Shown here: piece after piece, positions 113,801 to 124,173 of the stretch
How the letters are laid out: the number at the start of each line of letters is the position of its first letter
How positions within the stretch are numbered: the stretch's first letter is position 1
Source: Hyalangium minutum
GTDB lineage: Bacteria > Myxococcota > Myxococcia > Myxococcales > Myxococcaceae
NCBI RefSeq assembly: GCF_000737315.1
Contig: NZ_JMCB01000006.1
Span: 764,001 to 1,012,000 of the forward strand
Direction of reading: 5' to 3'
Length of the DNA: 248,000 nt
Translations under genes and position numbers: made by a program
The notes under the pieces: model-generated
Database searches by the model: none
Seen by the model: the letters and a program-made list of their open reading frames with translations, nothing else
What the model was told of the DNA's origin: nothing

Positions 113801-114554
113801 CTACTCGCGCAACAACTGCAGAGCTCCTTCCCGGCAGGAGGGCACGGTATTGCGACGAGGGTCGGCGCCGCGTGGGGTGCACATGCCGAGGGTTAACCCA
113901 CCGGGCCCGGACATGGCTCCACTGTTGGACCTCGCCCGTGGGAAAGTAGCGCAGGATGATGCGTGCGCCGTCCTGGCGCTCCGCCACCAGCGCCGACGCC
114001 ATCTCAATGACTGTGTTCTTGTAGAGGGCGGGAGCCGGGTTGCCTGGATAGAGGCGGACTTCCGCCATGGCCACGAGAGGTTTGAACGCGTCCGTCGGCC
114101 ATGCTTTGAGATCACGCGAAGACGGAGGCGCGGCGCAGAGGTGGTTGTGGACATATCCCACGACCCACACCTGAGAGGCAGGGTAGTCGTCATCCTTCAC
114201 GGTGAAGAAGGGCTGACATGCCTCGTGGTTTCCCGGCACGGGCTCGGAGAGCCGCCAGGACAGGGAGTCGCCGTCCCCGGCGACGTAGACTGTCGAGCAG
114301 TACTCCGTGGACAGGCCCACGATGGGCCGCTGCGTGACCCAGTCACACACCTTGGCGCCTGGGAGCGTGAGTAACGCGTCCGCAACATCTCGCAGCAAGG
114401 AGATAGGAATGGAGGTGTCCCCCGTGGGCATCTCGACGGCTGGCACTTCCGACCACGGTCCCCTGGGAAGGGGCGCATCTTGCGCAGGAGTGTTGGGCGG
114501 GGCCGAGGTAGCGCACGCGGCTCCGGCCAAGAGAAACGGAAGCACAAATCGCAT
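113801..114554 (-). pseudogene. JAB/MPN-motif lipoprotein with a probable +1 frameshift near 113895
   Basis: Lipobox GAAC; GYVHNHLCAAPPSSRD; alternative frame ends LGMC..LQLLRE-stop. Confidence 0.6.
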
Positions 114555-114981
114555 GGAGGTGTCTCCACGAAGGAGCGGGCCACGGCGGTGGGGCGCATCC
114601 ACTGTCCTCCCAGCCTAGCGGTGGGCGCCCTCCTCCATCGAATCTCCTTTCACCCACAGTCCCACGGCCCAGAGCTCACGCCTTCGGGTCGTCTGATGTA
114701 AGACAGAGCCTACTCACTGAGGTGTCCCTCTCTCTGCCCGGAAGAGGGCCCTCCGCTCCCATCTCCTCCGAGCGCCTCCTGGCCTCGGTCCCACCTCTGG
114801 GGTCAGTCCTCGGCGCTCCGCCTCTCGGGGCTGGCGGCCTGGAGGGCGGCAGAGCAGGGGTCTTTTGAGACTCGCCTTCGTGTTTCTCTTCCTCCCGAGG
114901 GGGGAGCCGGTGGAGTAGTCTCGGATCCCAGGAAAGGACCCTCCCCTTGCCAGCCCTCGGCTGGCTCCGTCTGCCCGTTCG

Positions 114982-116442
114982 ATGAGCGCCTCCAGTCCCC
115001 TCTTCGGCGACCTCCTGCTCAAGCTGGGCATCGTCACGCCCAGTCAGGTCCAGGAAGCGCTCGCGCTGCAAGCCCTCACCGGCCAGCGCGTGGGCGAGGC
115101 CCTCATCTCCCTGGGCTATGTCACCCGAGAGCAAATCCAGGACGCGCTCGGCGAGGCGCTCGGGCTCACCAGTGAGAAGGTGGCCTCGCACCCGCCGCTG
115201 GGCGAGCTGCTGGTGGGGATGAAGTACATCACCCTGGCCCAGCTCGAAGAGGCGCTGGCCTTCCAACGCAAGGATGGGCGCAAGCTCGGCGAAATCCTCG
115301 TCGAGATGGGGTACTGCACCTACAAGCAAATCTACGAGGCGCTCAGCCTGCAGGGCCGCATCTCCGGCCGCCAAGAGCCGCCCCGCCCCGCCACCGAAGG
115401 CAAGCACCGCGTCATGGTGGTGGATGACAGCCCGCTGGCGTGCGCCTTCGTGCAGGAGGGGCTGGAGACGCTGGGCTACGAGGTGCTCTGCTTCGACGAC
115501 CCGTACAAGGCGCTGGAGCAGGTGGGCCGGGTGCAGCCGGCCATCGTCCTGACGGATCTGGACATGCCGGGCATCGACGGGGTGGAGCTGTGCCGGCGGC
115601 TGAAGGACGGCCCGGCGCGGCAAGTGCCCGTCATCATCCTCACGGCCAATGACGGAGAGACGGAGCGCGTGCAGGGCCTGCGCGCGGGCGCGGACGACTA
115701 CGTGAACAAGTCCGCCTCCATGAACGAGCTGTCGGCGCGCATCGAGAACGTGATGCGCCGCACGGGCGAGACGGAGCGCGTGCGCAAGCTGTTCGCGCGC
115801 TACACCTCGGACGCGGTGGTGGAGGAGATTCTCAAGAGCCCGGACACGGTGGTGCTCACGGGCGAGAAGCGCGTCGTCACCGTGCTCTTCGCGGACATCC
115901 GCAACTTCACCGGGCTGGCGGAGAGCCTGCCTCCCGAGCAGGTGGTGGGTGTGCTCAACCAGGTGCTCGGGCGGCTGTCGGACGCGGTGCTCACGTGCGG
116001 CGGCACGCTGGACAAGTTCCTCGGGGACGGGCTGATGGCGGTGTGGGGCGCGCCGGTGCACCGCTCCGATGATGCGCTGCGGGCGCTGCAGGCCTCCAAG
116101 ATGATGATGGTGGCCATGCAGGAGCTGCGCGCGGAGGCCGAGGCCGAGTGGATTGCGGATGCGCGCAGTGGGCAGCCGCTGGTGTTGGAGCTGGGCATTG
116201 GCATCAACTCGGGCGAGGTGGTGGCCGGCAACATTGGCGGCGCCATGCGCACCGAGTACACCTGCATTGGCGACGCGGTGAATGTGGCCTCGCGCCTGTG
116301 CGCCCTGGCGGGGGCGGGAGAGATTCTGGTGGGTGAGCGCACCCGCTTCCTCGTCCAGGGCCGGGAGATGGCGTTCGAGGACCTGCCGCCGGTGCGGCTC
116401 AAGGGCAAGCAGCAGCCCGTGCCGCTCTACCGCGCCTTGTAA
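114982..116442 (+). CDS. Class III adenylate/guanylate cyclase with MshEN-like repeats and REC domain
   Basis: [48 protein letters not shown]. Confidence 0.9.
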   Translation: MSASSPLFGDLLLKLGIVTPSQVQEALALQALTGQRVGEALISLGYVTREQIQDALGEALGLTSEKVASHPPLGELLVGMKYITLAQLEEALAFQRKDGRKLGEILVEMGYCTYKQIYEALSLQGRISGRQEPPRPATEGKHRVMVVDDSPLACAFVQEGLETLGYEVLCFDDPYKALEQVGRVQPAIVLTDLDMPGIDGVELCRRLKDGPARQVPVIILTANDGETERVQGLRAGADDYVNKSASMNELSARIENVMRRTGETERVRKLFARYTSDAVVEEILKSPDTVVLTGEKRVVTVLFADIRNFTGLAESLPPEQVVGVLNQVLGRLSDAVLTCGGTLDKFLGDGLMAVWGAPVHRSDDALRALQASKMMMVAMQELRAEAEAEWIADARSGQPLVLELGIGINSGEVVAGNIGGAMRTEYTCIGDAVNVASRLCALAGAGEILVGERTRFLVQGREMAFEDLPPVRLKGKQQPVPLYRAL

Positions 116443-116446
116443 GGAC

Positions 116447-116839
116447 ATGACCGAAGAGACGACTCGCGCGCGCCGCCGTACCCCCCTGGGCCTCTTCCTG
116501 GGGATGGGGGCGGGGCTGTGCCTGGTGGTGATGTTGGTGTCGTTGCACTTCCGGCGCCGGGACGACGTCAGTTGGGTGCGCATCCATGAGGACTTCGCGG
116601 TGATCAACGCCGCGCTGAAGCGCTATCAGGCCGACAAGGGTTCCCTGCCCCAAGGGGACTCGCTGGAGTTCCTGGTGCCGGACTATGCGCCCTCGGTGCC
116701 GGCGGATCCGTGGGGCCGCCCGTACATCTTCCTGAACAACGGCAAGGAGCCGCTGCTCGTCACCTTTGGCCAGGACGGCGAGCGGGGCGGGCAGGGCATC
116801 GAGCAGGACCACAACCAGTTCGACGGCCACGGGCACTGA
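116447..116839 (+). CDS. GspG-like pseudopilin domain protein
   Basis: PADPWGRPY, FGQDGERGG. Confidence 0.8.
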   Translation: MTEETTRARRRTPLGLFLGMGAGLCLVVMLVSLHFRRRDDVSWVRIHEDFAVINAALKRYQADKGSLPQGDSLEFLVPDYAPSVPADPWGRPYIFLNNGKEPLLVTFGQDGERGGQGIEQDHNQFDGHGH

Positions 116840-117049
116840 GGCTCGGCTCGCCTCGAAGCCCGTGAAGCGGCCAGGGGAGCCAGGGCTCTCCGTGCCGGGG
116901 CGTGTCCTGCCTGGCGGAGCGGCCGGGCCGCCACTTTTGTCGCCTGTTCCCTGCCGGAATGAGCAGCGTGGAGGTGGACGGGTGACACCGGGGAGCTGCG
117001 GGCCTCGAGTGTTCTCCAGGGAGAGCCCGAGGGCTCGGAGGTGGCCGCC

Positions 117050-118435
117050 ATGCCCATCGTCTGCATCACGAACCTGTCCCCGGATTCGGTGAGAGCAGCC
117101 AACACCGCGGCAGCCCTGGCTGCGCGGCGGAAGGTACCGCTGATGTTGTATGGCGTCCCGGAGCCTGAGAGCCCGAACGGAGCGGGCGCCTCGCAGGTGG
117201 TCCTGCATGGGCGGCTCGAGCTGGAGGCCGAGCGGCTCCGGGCCCAGGGCGTGGAGGTGCACACGGTGATGACGCCCAAGGCCGAGGAGGCGCTGCTGGG
117301 CGACGAGGAGTGCCGCAAGGCCGAGTGGTGCGTGGTGGCCGCCGATGGCTGGCAGATCCCCGTCTGGCGCCGCACCCCGCTGCCCGAGCGGCTGATGCAG
117401 CGTGCGTGTGCTCCGGTGCTCGTGGTGCGCCGCGACGAGGCGCTGGTGGACTGGGCCCATGGCCGGCGGCGGCTCGTGGCGATGGTGGGGGTGGACGCGT
117501 CGGATGAGGCGGATGGCTCGGTGGCCTTCATCCGGGCGCTGCGCGAGGTGGGGCCGTGCGACGTCATCGCCACGTATGTCTGCAGCCCGGCGGAGGAGCG
117601 CACGCGGCTGGGGATTCACAGCCCGGTGCGCGTGGAGTTGCTGGATCCGGTGGTGCGCGGCATCCAGGCGCTGGACCCCTACGTGGAGCGCGTGCTGGTG
117701 CGCGAGGTGCGCGAGCGCCTGGGAGAGGTGCCTGGGGAGGGGAACGTGGAGATCCACCTGGAGCCGGGCTACGGGCGGCGGGATGAGCACCTGCTGCACG
117801 TGGCGCGGAAGCGCGGGGTGGACCTGGTGGTGGTGGGGACACACCAGCGGGTGGGCCTGCAGCGGTGGTGGCATGGCTCGGTGTCCGCGGGGGTGATGCG
117901 GCACGCGGAGCAGTCCGTGGTGTGCGTGCCGGCCACGTTTGTGAAGCCTCGGAAGCTGGGAGCTCCCCGGAGCGTGCTGGTGCCGGTGGACTTCACCGAG
118001 GCGAGCCAGCGGGCCATTGCCCAGGCGCGCATGCTGGTGGGCGTGGGGGGGCGGGTGCACCTGCTCCACGTGCACGTGCGCCGGATGGGGGACCCGGACT
118101 GGACGGACCACTACGGGGTGCTGCCGGAGCCGCCGCGCGAGCGCGAGGAGATGATGCGCCGGCTCCAGGCGCTGGTGCCGCAGGAGAATGACGGGGTGCG
118201 TTGGACCCTCGAGGGGGTGAGTGCGAGCGAGGAGGCGCAGGCCATCTGCCAGGCGGCGGAGCGCGAGGGGGTGGATCTGGTGTGCGTGGGGGCAGTGGGG
118301 GGGAGGATGGGCCGGGTGGGCGGGGTGGCGCGGGAGCTGATGGCGCGCTGCCACCGGCCAGTGCTGGTAGTCCCGGCGCCGGAAGAGGCCAGAGAACCCT
118401 TGGGGTGGGGCGCTCAGGGCATCCACAACCCGTGA
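117050..118435 (+). CDS. Universal stress protein (three USP domains)
   Basis: VVVGTH..GSVS, VPVDFT. Confidence 0.85.
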   Translation: MPIVCITNLSPDSVRAANTAAALAARRKVPLMLYGVPEPESPNGAGASQVVLHGRLELEAERLRAQGVEVHTVMTPKAEEALLGDEECRKAEWCVVAADGWQIPVWRRTPLPERLMQRACAPVLVVRRDEALVDWAHGRRRLVAMVGVDASDEADGSVAFIRALREVGPCDVIATYVCSPAEERTRLGIHSPVRVELLDPVVRGIQALDPYVERVLVREVRERLGEVPGEGNVEIHLEPGYGRRDEHLLHVARKRGVDLVVVGTHQRVGLQRWWHGSVSAGVMRHAEQSVVCVPATFVKPRKLGAPRSVLVPVDFTEASQRAIAQARMLVGVGGRVHLLHVHVRRMGDPDWTDHYGVLPEPPREREEMMRRLQALVPQENDGVRWTLEGVSASEEAQAICQAAEREGVDLVCVGAVGGRMGRVGGVARELMARCHRPVLVVPAPEEAREPLGWGAQGIHNP

Positions 118436-118561
118436 AAATCCGTTCAGCCCTCCGTGACGGAGCCCAGAAATCGGCCTGATACAGGCCCGTGGGATTCGAC
118501 GTCCAACCCGTGGGGGCGTTAGACTCGACGCGACCCCTTTTTCCGGGAAGGAAGGTCTGAC

Positions 118562-119158
118562 GTGTTGATACCCCGCGGATATCGCGAAGAGGAGCTCGTC
118601 TCCAACCGCGCAGCGCTGTTGCTCTACGGCGGGACGGAGGAAGAGCGGCGCTCGTGGGCCGTCGAGGCGGCGCACCACTTTGAGCACGAGGGTGAGCTGC
118701 TCGAGGTCCGCCAGTCGGCGGAGCTGGTGGAAGCGCTGAAGCGGCCGCGAGGCGTGGTGTTCGTGCCGGACGTGGTGAAGCTGGGGCTGGAGGCGCAGAG
118801 CCACATCCTCCGCTGCCTGCTGCGGCAGGAGGAGCGGCCCAAGCTGGTGCTGGGCATGACGGGCACGGCCGAGTCGGCGCTGGAGCGCGGCACGCTGCGC
118901 GAGGATCTGCACTACCGGCTCAACCAGGCGCAGGTGGACCTGGGCACGGCCGGACTTCGCGAGACGCTGAAGAAGCGCTGGGCTGCCCTCGCCGAGCGGC
119001 GCGCGGCGAAGGAGGCCGCTAAGCGCGAGGCCGCCGAGCAGGAACGGCAGGCCGCCATGGTGCGCAAGCCCGGCACGGTGACGCGGCTCACCCCACAGCA
119101 GCGCAAGGTCCAGGCTCCCGGCAAGACTGCCACGCGCAAGGCCAGCAGTCGCAGGTAG
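118562..119158 (+). CDS. Degenerate sigma54-type AAA+ protein
   Basis: LREDLHYRLN retained, Walker A lysine absent. Confidence 0.65.
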   Translation: MLIPRGYREEELVSNRAALLLYGGTEEERRSWAVEAAHHFEHEGELLEVRQSAELVEALKRPRGVVFVPDVVKLGLEAQSHILRCLLRQEERPKLVLGMTGTAESALERGTLREDLHYRLNQAQVDLGTAGLRETLKKRWAALAERRAAKEAAKREAAEQERQAAMVRKPGTVTRLTPQQRKVQAPGKTATRKASSRR

Positions 119159-119210
119159 CTCCCAGAAGAACGGGAGACACGGGACGCAGATCCACGGTAG
119201 GGCCCGCAGA

Positions 119211-119284
119211 TCGCGGGTCCCTCGTCTCGGCGCGGGTCCCCCCGTCAGCGGACGGGTCCTCCCGCGCCGGCCGTCCCGCTCTCC
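119211..119284 (+). repeat. Dispersed ~74 bp intergenic repeat, copy 2
   Basis: Matches 50996-51069. Confidence 0.85.
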
Positions 119285-119319
119285 CTCGGCTCACGGCTCT
119301 GCGGCTCGAGGCTGCTCGG

Positions 119320-119802
119320 CTAGCGGCCCGAGTGCAGGTGCTTCTGCCCTCGCTTCACCTTGAACTGCTTGGCCGGAGCAGGCTCCTTCGCCTTCGTCGA
119401 ACGCTTGGGCGCCGCCGCCGGCATCGTCTTGCGGCCCGAGTCCCGCATCTCCACCGCCGGGGTCTCGGACACCTGCCGCGAGGCGGCCCGGCGCCCCTTC
119501 GCGGGGGCTGTCTCGGTTTTTGCCGGCTTCATCGGCGCTGCTGCCTTCGGCTCCGGCTGCTGCACCGGAGTCTCAGTCAGCTGCTCTTTCACGGCGGCCT
119601 TCGGCGTGAGGCGCACCTTGCTCGGGCGCCCGCCCAGCTTCTGCTGGAGCTTGTCCACCGTCTTCACCGCGGCCACCGTTGTCTCCACCAGCACCCGTGC
119701 TCCTCGCGTGCCCGCCTTGGCCGCCGCCTGGACGCCCCGCGTGCGCACCTTCGAGGCCGCCTTCTTCACCTTGTCCACCAGTCCACGCCTCAGTGTCGCC
119801 AT
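119320..119802 (-). CDS. Lys/Ala-rich histone-like protein
   Basis: Highly basic low-complexity sequence, GGAG RBS. Confidence 0.6.
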   Translation of the reverse strand: MATLRRGLVDKVKKAASKVRTRGVQAAAKAGTRGARVLVETTVAAVKTVDKLQQKLGGRPSKVRLTPKAAVKEQLTETPVQQPEPKAAAPMKPAKTETAPAKGRRAASRQVSETPAVEMRDSGRKTMPAAAPKRSTKAKEPAPAKQFKVKRGQKHLHSGR

Positions 119803-119931
119803 GCTGTCCCCTCACTCCGGAAGTTTCGGAAGCGTTTTCGCTCCGGCGGAAGGTAGTCACGAGTCCACCAGCCGGAAGCGGGGCGACAGCTCGCCTGCCT
119901 GCTGTCAGACTCGATGACTGTGAGCGACTCG

Positions 119932-120744
119932 ATGACGCCCCCGGAACGACGCACGCGCGGGCGCACCTCTCGCTCCCGGCTCAGGGCTCTGGACGCCTAC
120001 CTGTTCCAGTGCGAGCGCCCGCTGCTGGAGCGTCAGGACGAGGCCTGGCGCGACGCGGCCTTCCTGGACGTGGGCTTCGGCGAGCACCCATGGACGACTC
120101 TGGAGAGCGCCACCCTGTTCCGGGAGCTGAACCCTCACCTGCCTGTCATCGGCGTGGAGGCGGATGAAGGCAGGGCCTCCGCGGCAGCTCGCCACGAGGA
120201 AGCACGGACCCGCTTCGTCCACGGGGGCTTCGACTGGGCCTCCACAGTAGGACAGCCCGCACGGCTCGTGCGCGCCATGAACATCCTGCGCCAGTACCGC
120301 GCCGAAGATGTGGAGGCCGCGCACACGGAGCTGGGCCGGGCGCTGCTGCCCGGAGGCCTCGTCGTGGAGGGCAGCACGGACGTGCAGGGCGGAATCACCG
120401 CGGTGCACTTGCTGCGGCGCACCCCCGAGGGTCTCTCCCGCGAGGCGCTCCTCTTCCACACGGACTTCCACCAGGGCTTTGCCCCGCTGCTCTTCCGCGA
120501 CTGGCTGCCCAGGGACTTGCGCCGCCGCGTCCAGCCGGATGAACCCATCCACGACTTCTTCACCGAATGGACAGAGGCTTGGAAGAAGGCGCGCGAACTC
120601 GGCGCATGGGAGCCCCGGAGCGCCTTCCAGGAGAGCGCAAGGCAACTGGCCGCGTCCTCCGTCAGCGTGAGCACGGACCCGTGGCTGCTGGAGCGCGGCT
120701 ACCTGCGGTGGCAGCCCTCCGGCGGAGTACCCCGCCCCCGCTGA
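119932..120744 (+). CDS. Putative methyltransferase-like protein
   Basis: LDVGFGE, VRAMNILRQY. Confidence 0.65.
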   Translation: MTPPERRTRGRTSRSRLRALDAYLFQCERPLLERQDEAWRDAAFLDVGFGEHPWTTLESATLFRELNPHLPVIGVEADEGRASAAARHEEARTRFVHGGFDWASTVGQPARLVRAMNILRQYRAEDVEAAHTELGRALLPGGLVVEGSTDVQGGITAVHLLRRTPEGLSREALLFHTDFHQGFAPLLFRDWLPRDLRRRVQPDEPIHDFFTEWTEAWKKARELGAWEPRSAFQESARQLAASSVSVSTDPWLLERGYLRWQPSGGVPRPR

Positions 120745-120749
120745 TCAGC

Positions 120750-121238
120750 TCAAGAAGGCCACAGTCCGGGCGTGGGCTCGGCCTCGGGCTCGCGGGCGAA
120801 GATGCGGATCCCCCGGATGAAGCGGGCCAGGGGCTCGTAGATCCACCCACCCAACAACCAGAAGGGCGCATAGTCCAGGCGGATCAGCCCATTCACATTC
120901 CACGGCGACACCGAGTAGTCCCACGGACACCGGCCAATCGCCGCCACCAGCAGGGCGCCCGACACGTACTCCACCGTGAAGCACACGGCCATGGCCACGA
121001 AAGCCCGTGTCACCCGGCTCAGCCCGGCCCGCTGCATCAGCCCCAACAGGTGCTCGCCCAGCAGCAGCCCCACTCCCCAGATGGGGTGCATCCACAGGTA
121101 CGAGTACCCCTTGAGCCTCAAGTCTCCCGCGCCGCTGGCCAGATCCATCACCGAGGTGAAGCAGCACTCGATGCACCACCCCACCAGCCCGTACGCGATG
121201 AACTTCCCCACCAGCCCCAGCCGTTCTCCTCCCGACAT
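120750..121238 (-). CDS. CmpB/TMEM229-like membrane protein
   Basis: GWCIECCF, PWDYS, GLIRLDYAP. Confidence 0.75.
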   Translation of the reverse strand: MSGGERLGLVGKFIAYGLVGWCIECCFTSVMDLASGAGDLRLKGYSYLWMHPIWGVGLLLGEHLLGLMQRAGLSRVTRAFVAMAVCFTVEYVSGALLVAAIGRCPWDYSVSPWNVNGLIRLDYAPFWLLGGWIYEPLARFIRGIRIFAREPEAEPTPGLWPS

Positions 121239-121423
121239 TCGCTGCCCAACCATCACGCCCCGACCGCCGCTCATCCGTGCCTCCCACGCCTGCGAAGCGT
121301 GGTGAGAAAATGAGTTCCCACCCCCGAAAACCGCAAGTCATGGGACTGGGGGAACCCAGAATGGGCCCGGCGGAGTGTCCACCCCGCAACGTCCTGATCC
121401 GTCCAGGCCCGAAGGCCCGGGGC

Positions 121424-121831
121424 TTACGGCAGCGTGTCGAGCTGCAGGCCGATCAGGTGGAAGCCTCCGCCCATGTAGGACCAGCCGAGTCGCTGTGCGC
121501 GCTTCACCACCGCCTCCAACTGTGTGGAGCCCAGCAGCGTCTTGAAGCCCAGCTTCTTGGCGTCCCGGCTCAGCGCGACGACCACGGCATCCAGCGCCCG
121601 GGTGCGCTCCTCCTTGGACACATCCTTGTTGGCGATCAGGCTCTCCAACCAGCACACCGAACTGTCCGTGCGGTAGAGAAAGCCTGCGGCGACACCCGGG
121701 ACGATGTAGCCCGTCTGCGGCAGCGCCTCGGGGATCATCGTCTCGCCAAAAAGCTCGAACCACCGGAGCACCTGGGCGAAGTGCTGCTCCGGCACGTAGG
121801 GGATGGGCGTGAACTCCTCAGACATGGGCAA
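121424..121831 (-). CDS. GNAT-like hypothetical protein
   Basis: 135 aa, VAAGFLYRTDSSVCWLE. Confidence 0.55.
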   Translation of the reverse strand: MPMSEEFTPIPYVPEQHFAQVLRWFELFGETMIPEALPQTGYIVPGVAAGFLYRTDSSVCWLESLIANKDVSKEERTRALDAVVVALSRDAKKLGFKTLLGSTQLEAVVKRAQRLGWSYMGGGFHLIGLQLDTLP

Positions 121832-121962
121832 CCTCCAGCCGCGTTGCTAACCCAAGCGCCGCCGAACGCAAAGAAGGCGGAAGCTTGCGTAAAGCCGGAA
121901 CTCCCGGGCAGACTCTGCGTCCTGGTTCGCCTTCATCTCCCCAAACCCCTGGAGTCGAAGAC

Positions 121963-122328
121963 ATGTCTCAGGACACCTCTCCCCGCCCGAAGCGTGGTCT
122001 CAAGCGCCCCGTCGAAGTGGTCCGCGCCGAGCTGCTCAAGGATGCAGACACCAAGCGCATCGCCAAGGCGGTGGGCATGTCGCTCGAGGACTATGTGGAG
122101 CTGGTGCTCAAGTACGCCCAGGACAAGGACAAGGAGCCCGAGGTCCACGTCGTCTCCGACGAGGAGCTGAAGAAGAACGGCTTCAACGTCGTGACGGCCG
122201 AGGAGGCCGGCAAGATGCTGGTGGCCATCGCCAAGGGCGAGTTCGGCGTGGATCAGTCCTTCCAGAACTCGGAGTTCGAGGCCTCCAGCGGCCCCAAGGG
122301 CCCCTCGCTGACGGGCGACAAGAAGTAG
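121963..122328 (+). CDS. Hypothetical protein
   Basis: GGAG RBS, highly expressed codon bias. Confidence 0.7.
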   Translation: MSQDTSPRPKRGLKRPVEVVRAELLKDADTKRIAKAVGMSLEDYVELVLKYAQDKDKEPEVHVVSDEELKKNGFNVVTAEEAGKMLVAIAKGEFGVDQSFQNSEFEASSGPKGPSLTGDKK

Positions 122329-122455
122329 GCAGAGGCGTGGATCGGCGGAAATTGATCGGGAAAATGCACGCAGGAAACCTTTTCCCTACCCCCCCGATAA
122401 CTCCTTTGTAAGCAGTACTTCTCCACTAAAAACTTCGAAAAAAGAGAGTCACGCC

Positions 122456-122872
122456 ATGGGCAAGGTCGTCAAGGGTATCGCCGACGTCGCGAAGAAGGTC
122501 TCCGAGGTCGCTGGGAAGGTCGCCAACATCGCCGGCAAGGTGATGGATGTCATCCAGAAGCCGCTGAGCGCGCTGACCCAGCCGATCAAGGACATCGCCG
122601 GGAAGTTCCTGGACAAGCTCGGCCCCTTCGGCAAGTTCCTGAAGCCGCTGGCTGACAAGGTCATCGACGGCGCCGCGAGCTTCCTCGGCGGCGGCCCGCT
122701 GGGCACCCTGGGCGCGCTGGGTGGCGTGGCCAAGACGGTGGGCGATGTGGCCAAGATCGCCGAGACCGTGAAGGGCGTGGCGGACAAGGTCGGCGCGTTC
122801 GCCGAGAACCCGCTGGGCCAGCTGAACTTCCAGAACATCCTGGCTCACGCCCACGCGCAGCACGTGGAGTAG
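122456..122872 (+). CDS. Amphipathic Lys/Gly/Ala/Val-rich protein
   Basis: 138 aa, AT-rich promoter region, no signal peptide. Confidence 0.75.
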   Translation: MGKVVKGIADVAKKVSEVAGKVANIAGKVMDVIQKPLSALTQPIKDIAGKFLDKLGPFGKFLKPLADKVIDGAASFLGGGPLGTLGALGGVAKTVGDVAKIAETVKGVADKVGAFAENPLGQLNFQNILAHAHAQHVE

Positions 122873-122912
122873 TCGTCAGGAAGTTCGCGGCGCCTGCTGA
122901 GGCCGCATCAAC

Positions 122913-122953
122913 GAGGGCCGGTCCCTTATGCGGGGACTGGCCCTTCGTCTTTT
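122913..122953. terminator. Intrinsic terminator hairpin
   Basis: GAGGGCCGGTCCC-TTATGC-GGGGACTGGCCCTTC then T-run. Confidence 0.6.
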
Positions 122954-122960
122954 CCGGCAC

Positions 122961-123626
122961 TTAGCCGTTCTCGCGGGCCAACCGCGCCGCGTCACGCAGG
123001 AGCCGCTGGAAAGCCTCCTCGTCACGGCTCTCGTAGTAGCCGCGGATCTCCCCCATGCCGTCCACGAGCACGAAGTGGTCGCCGTGGAAGATGCCCATCA
123101 CGTCGGCCTCATCCAGGGACTGGCGGTCCATGTAGATCTTGAAGCTGTTGACGACGGTGTCCTTGATGGCGGCGTAGTCGCCGGTGAGGAAGCTCCAGCG
123201 AGCGGCGTTGGCGCCATGCTTCTGGGCGTACTCGGCCAGGCGCGCCGGGGTGTCATAGGCGGGGTCCACCGAGAAGGACACCAACTGCAGGCCGGGCCCG
123301 AACGCGTCCGTCTCCTTCTGGATGTGGGCCATCCTCCGGGTGAAGGCGGGGCAGACGGTGGGGCAGCGGGTGAAGATGAAATTGGCGACGTAGGGGTGGC
123401 CCTTGAGCTGGGCCGAGCCCCACGCGGAGCCGTCCTGCCGGGTGAAGGAGAACGCGGGCAGGGTGCCGAGCTGGGGCAGCGGCTGGGAGCGGGCGCGCAG
123501 GAAGCCTGCGGCGAGCACGGCCATCCCCAGCGCCATGACGGCCACTCCGAGCCAGAGCGCGGGGTGGCGGAGGAGCGGAATCGGGGCGGCGGGAGCGGGA
123601 GCGGAGGCAGGAGTCTCAGCGGACAT
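122961..123626 (-). CDS. SCO family copper chaperone
   Basis: FIFTRCPTVCP, HGDHFVLVD. Confidence 0.92.
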   Translation of the reverse strand: MSAETPASAPAPAAPIPLLRHPALWLGVAVMALGMAVLAAGFLRARSQPLPQLGTLPAFSFTRQDGSAWGSAQLKGHPYVANFIFTRCPTVCPAFTRRMAHIQKETDAFGPGLQLVSFSVDPAYDTPARLAEYAQKHGANAARWSFLTGDYAAIKDTVVNSFKIYMDRQSLDEADVMGIFHGDHFVLVDGMGEIRGYYESRDEEAFQRLLRDAARLARENG

Positions 123627-123921
123627 ATGAAGAAGGCCCTGGACGGAGGCAGCGGACAGCTAACGGAAGTACCACGGGAGCACAAGGGACGCGGTGACGC
123701 AGCGCGGTGCCCGAGGGTCCGAGAGCCTTGCCGGGAAGCGTGCACAGCGGGCGGGCATGCATTGCCTATATAAGGATGCGGGCCGAGCGTGCGGCGCTTG
123801 AGGGGCGTGGAGGGGCATGGTAGCCGGTGAGCCGATGCCCTGTGACCGCCCTGATCCGGTTGCCACGGCGGCCCTCTCGGAGTCCGGAGGGCCCCTGCGG
123901 CACGAGCCCTCTCTCCCGAGC

Positions 123922-124173
123922 ATGTCCCTCCAGGCCTGGGCGCGGGCCCTGACGCGGTGCGTGCAGATGCTGAGGACGGTGCTGGCGGCCGTGCTGGGCC
124001 TGCTGCCCGGGTGGGCGTGGGCGTGCCCAACGTGCGTGGCGAGGGCGCCGGAGTCGGCGGGGCGCTCGGCGCTGCTGGTGGGTGCGCTGCTGCTGGCGCC
124101 CTTCCTGCTGGTGGCGGTGGGCGTGTGGGCGGCGGTGCGGGTCGCGCGAGGTGATGCCAAGAGGAGCTCGTGA
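123922..124173 (+). CDS. Small membrane protein of cox cluster
   Basis: ACPTC motif, TM helix. Confidence 0.65.
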   Translation: MSLQAWARALTRCVQMLRTVLAAVLGLLPGWAWACPTCVARAPESAGRSALLVGALLLAPFLLVAVGVWAAVRVARGDAKRSS

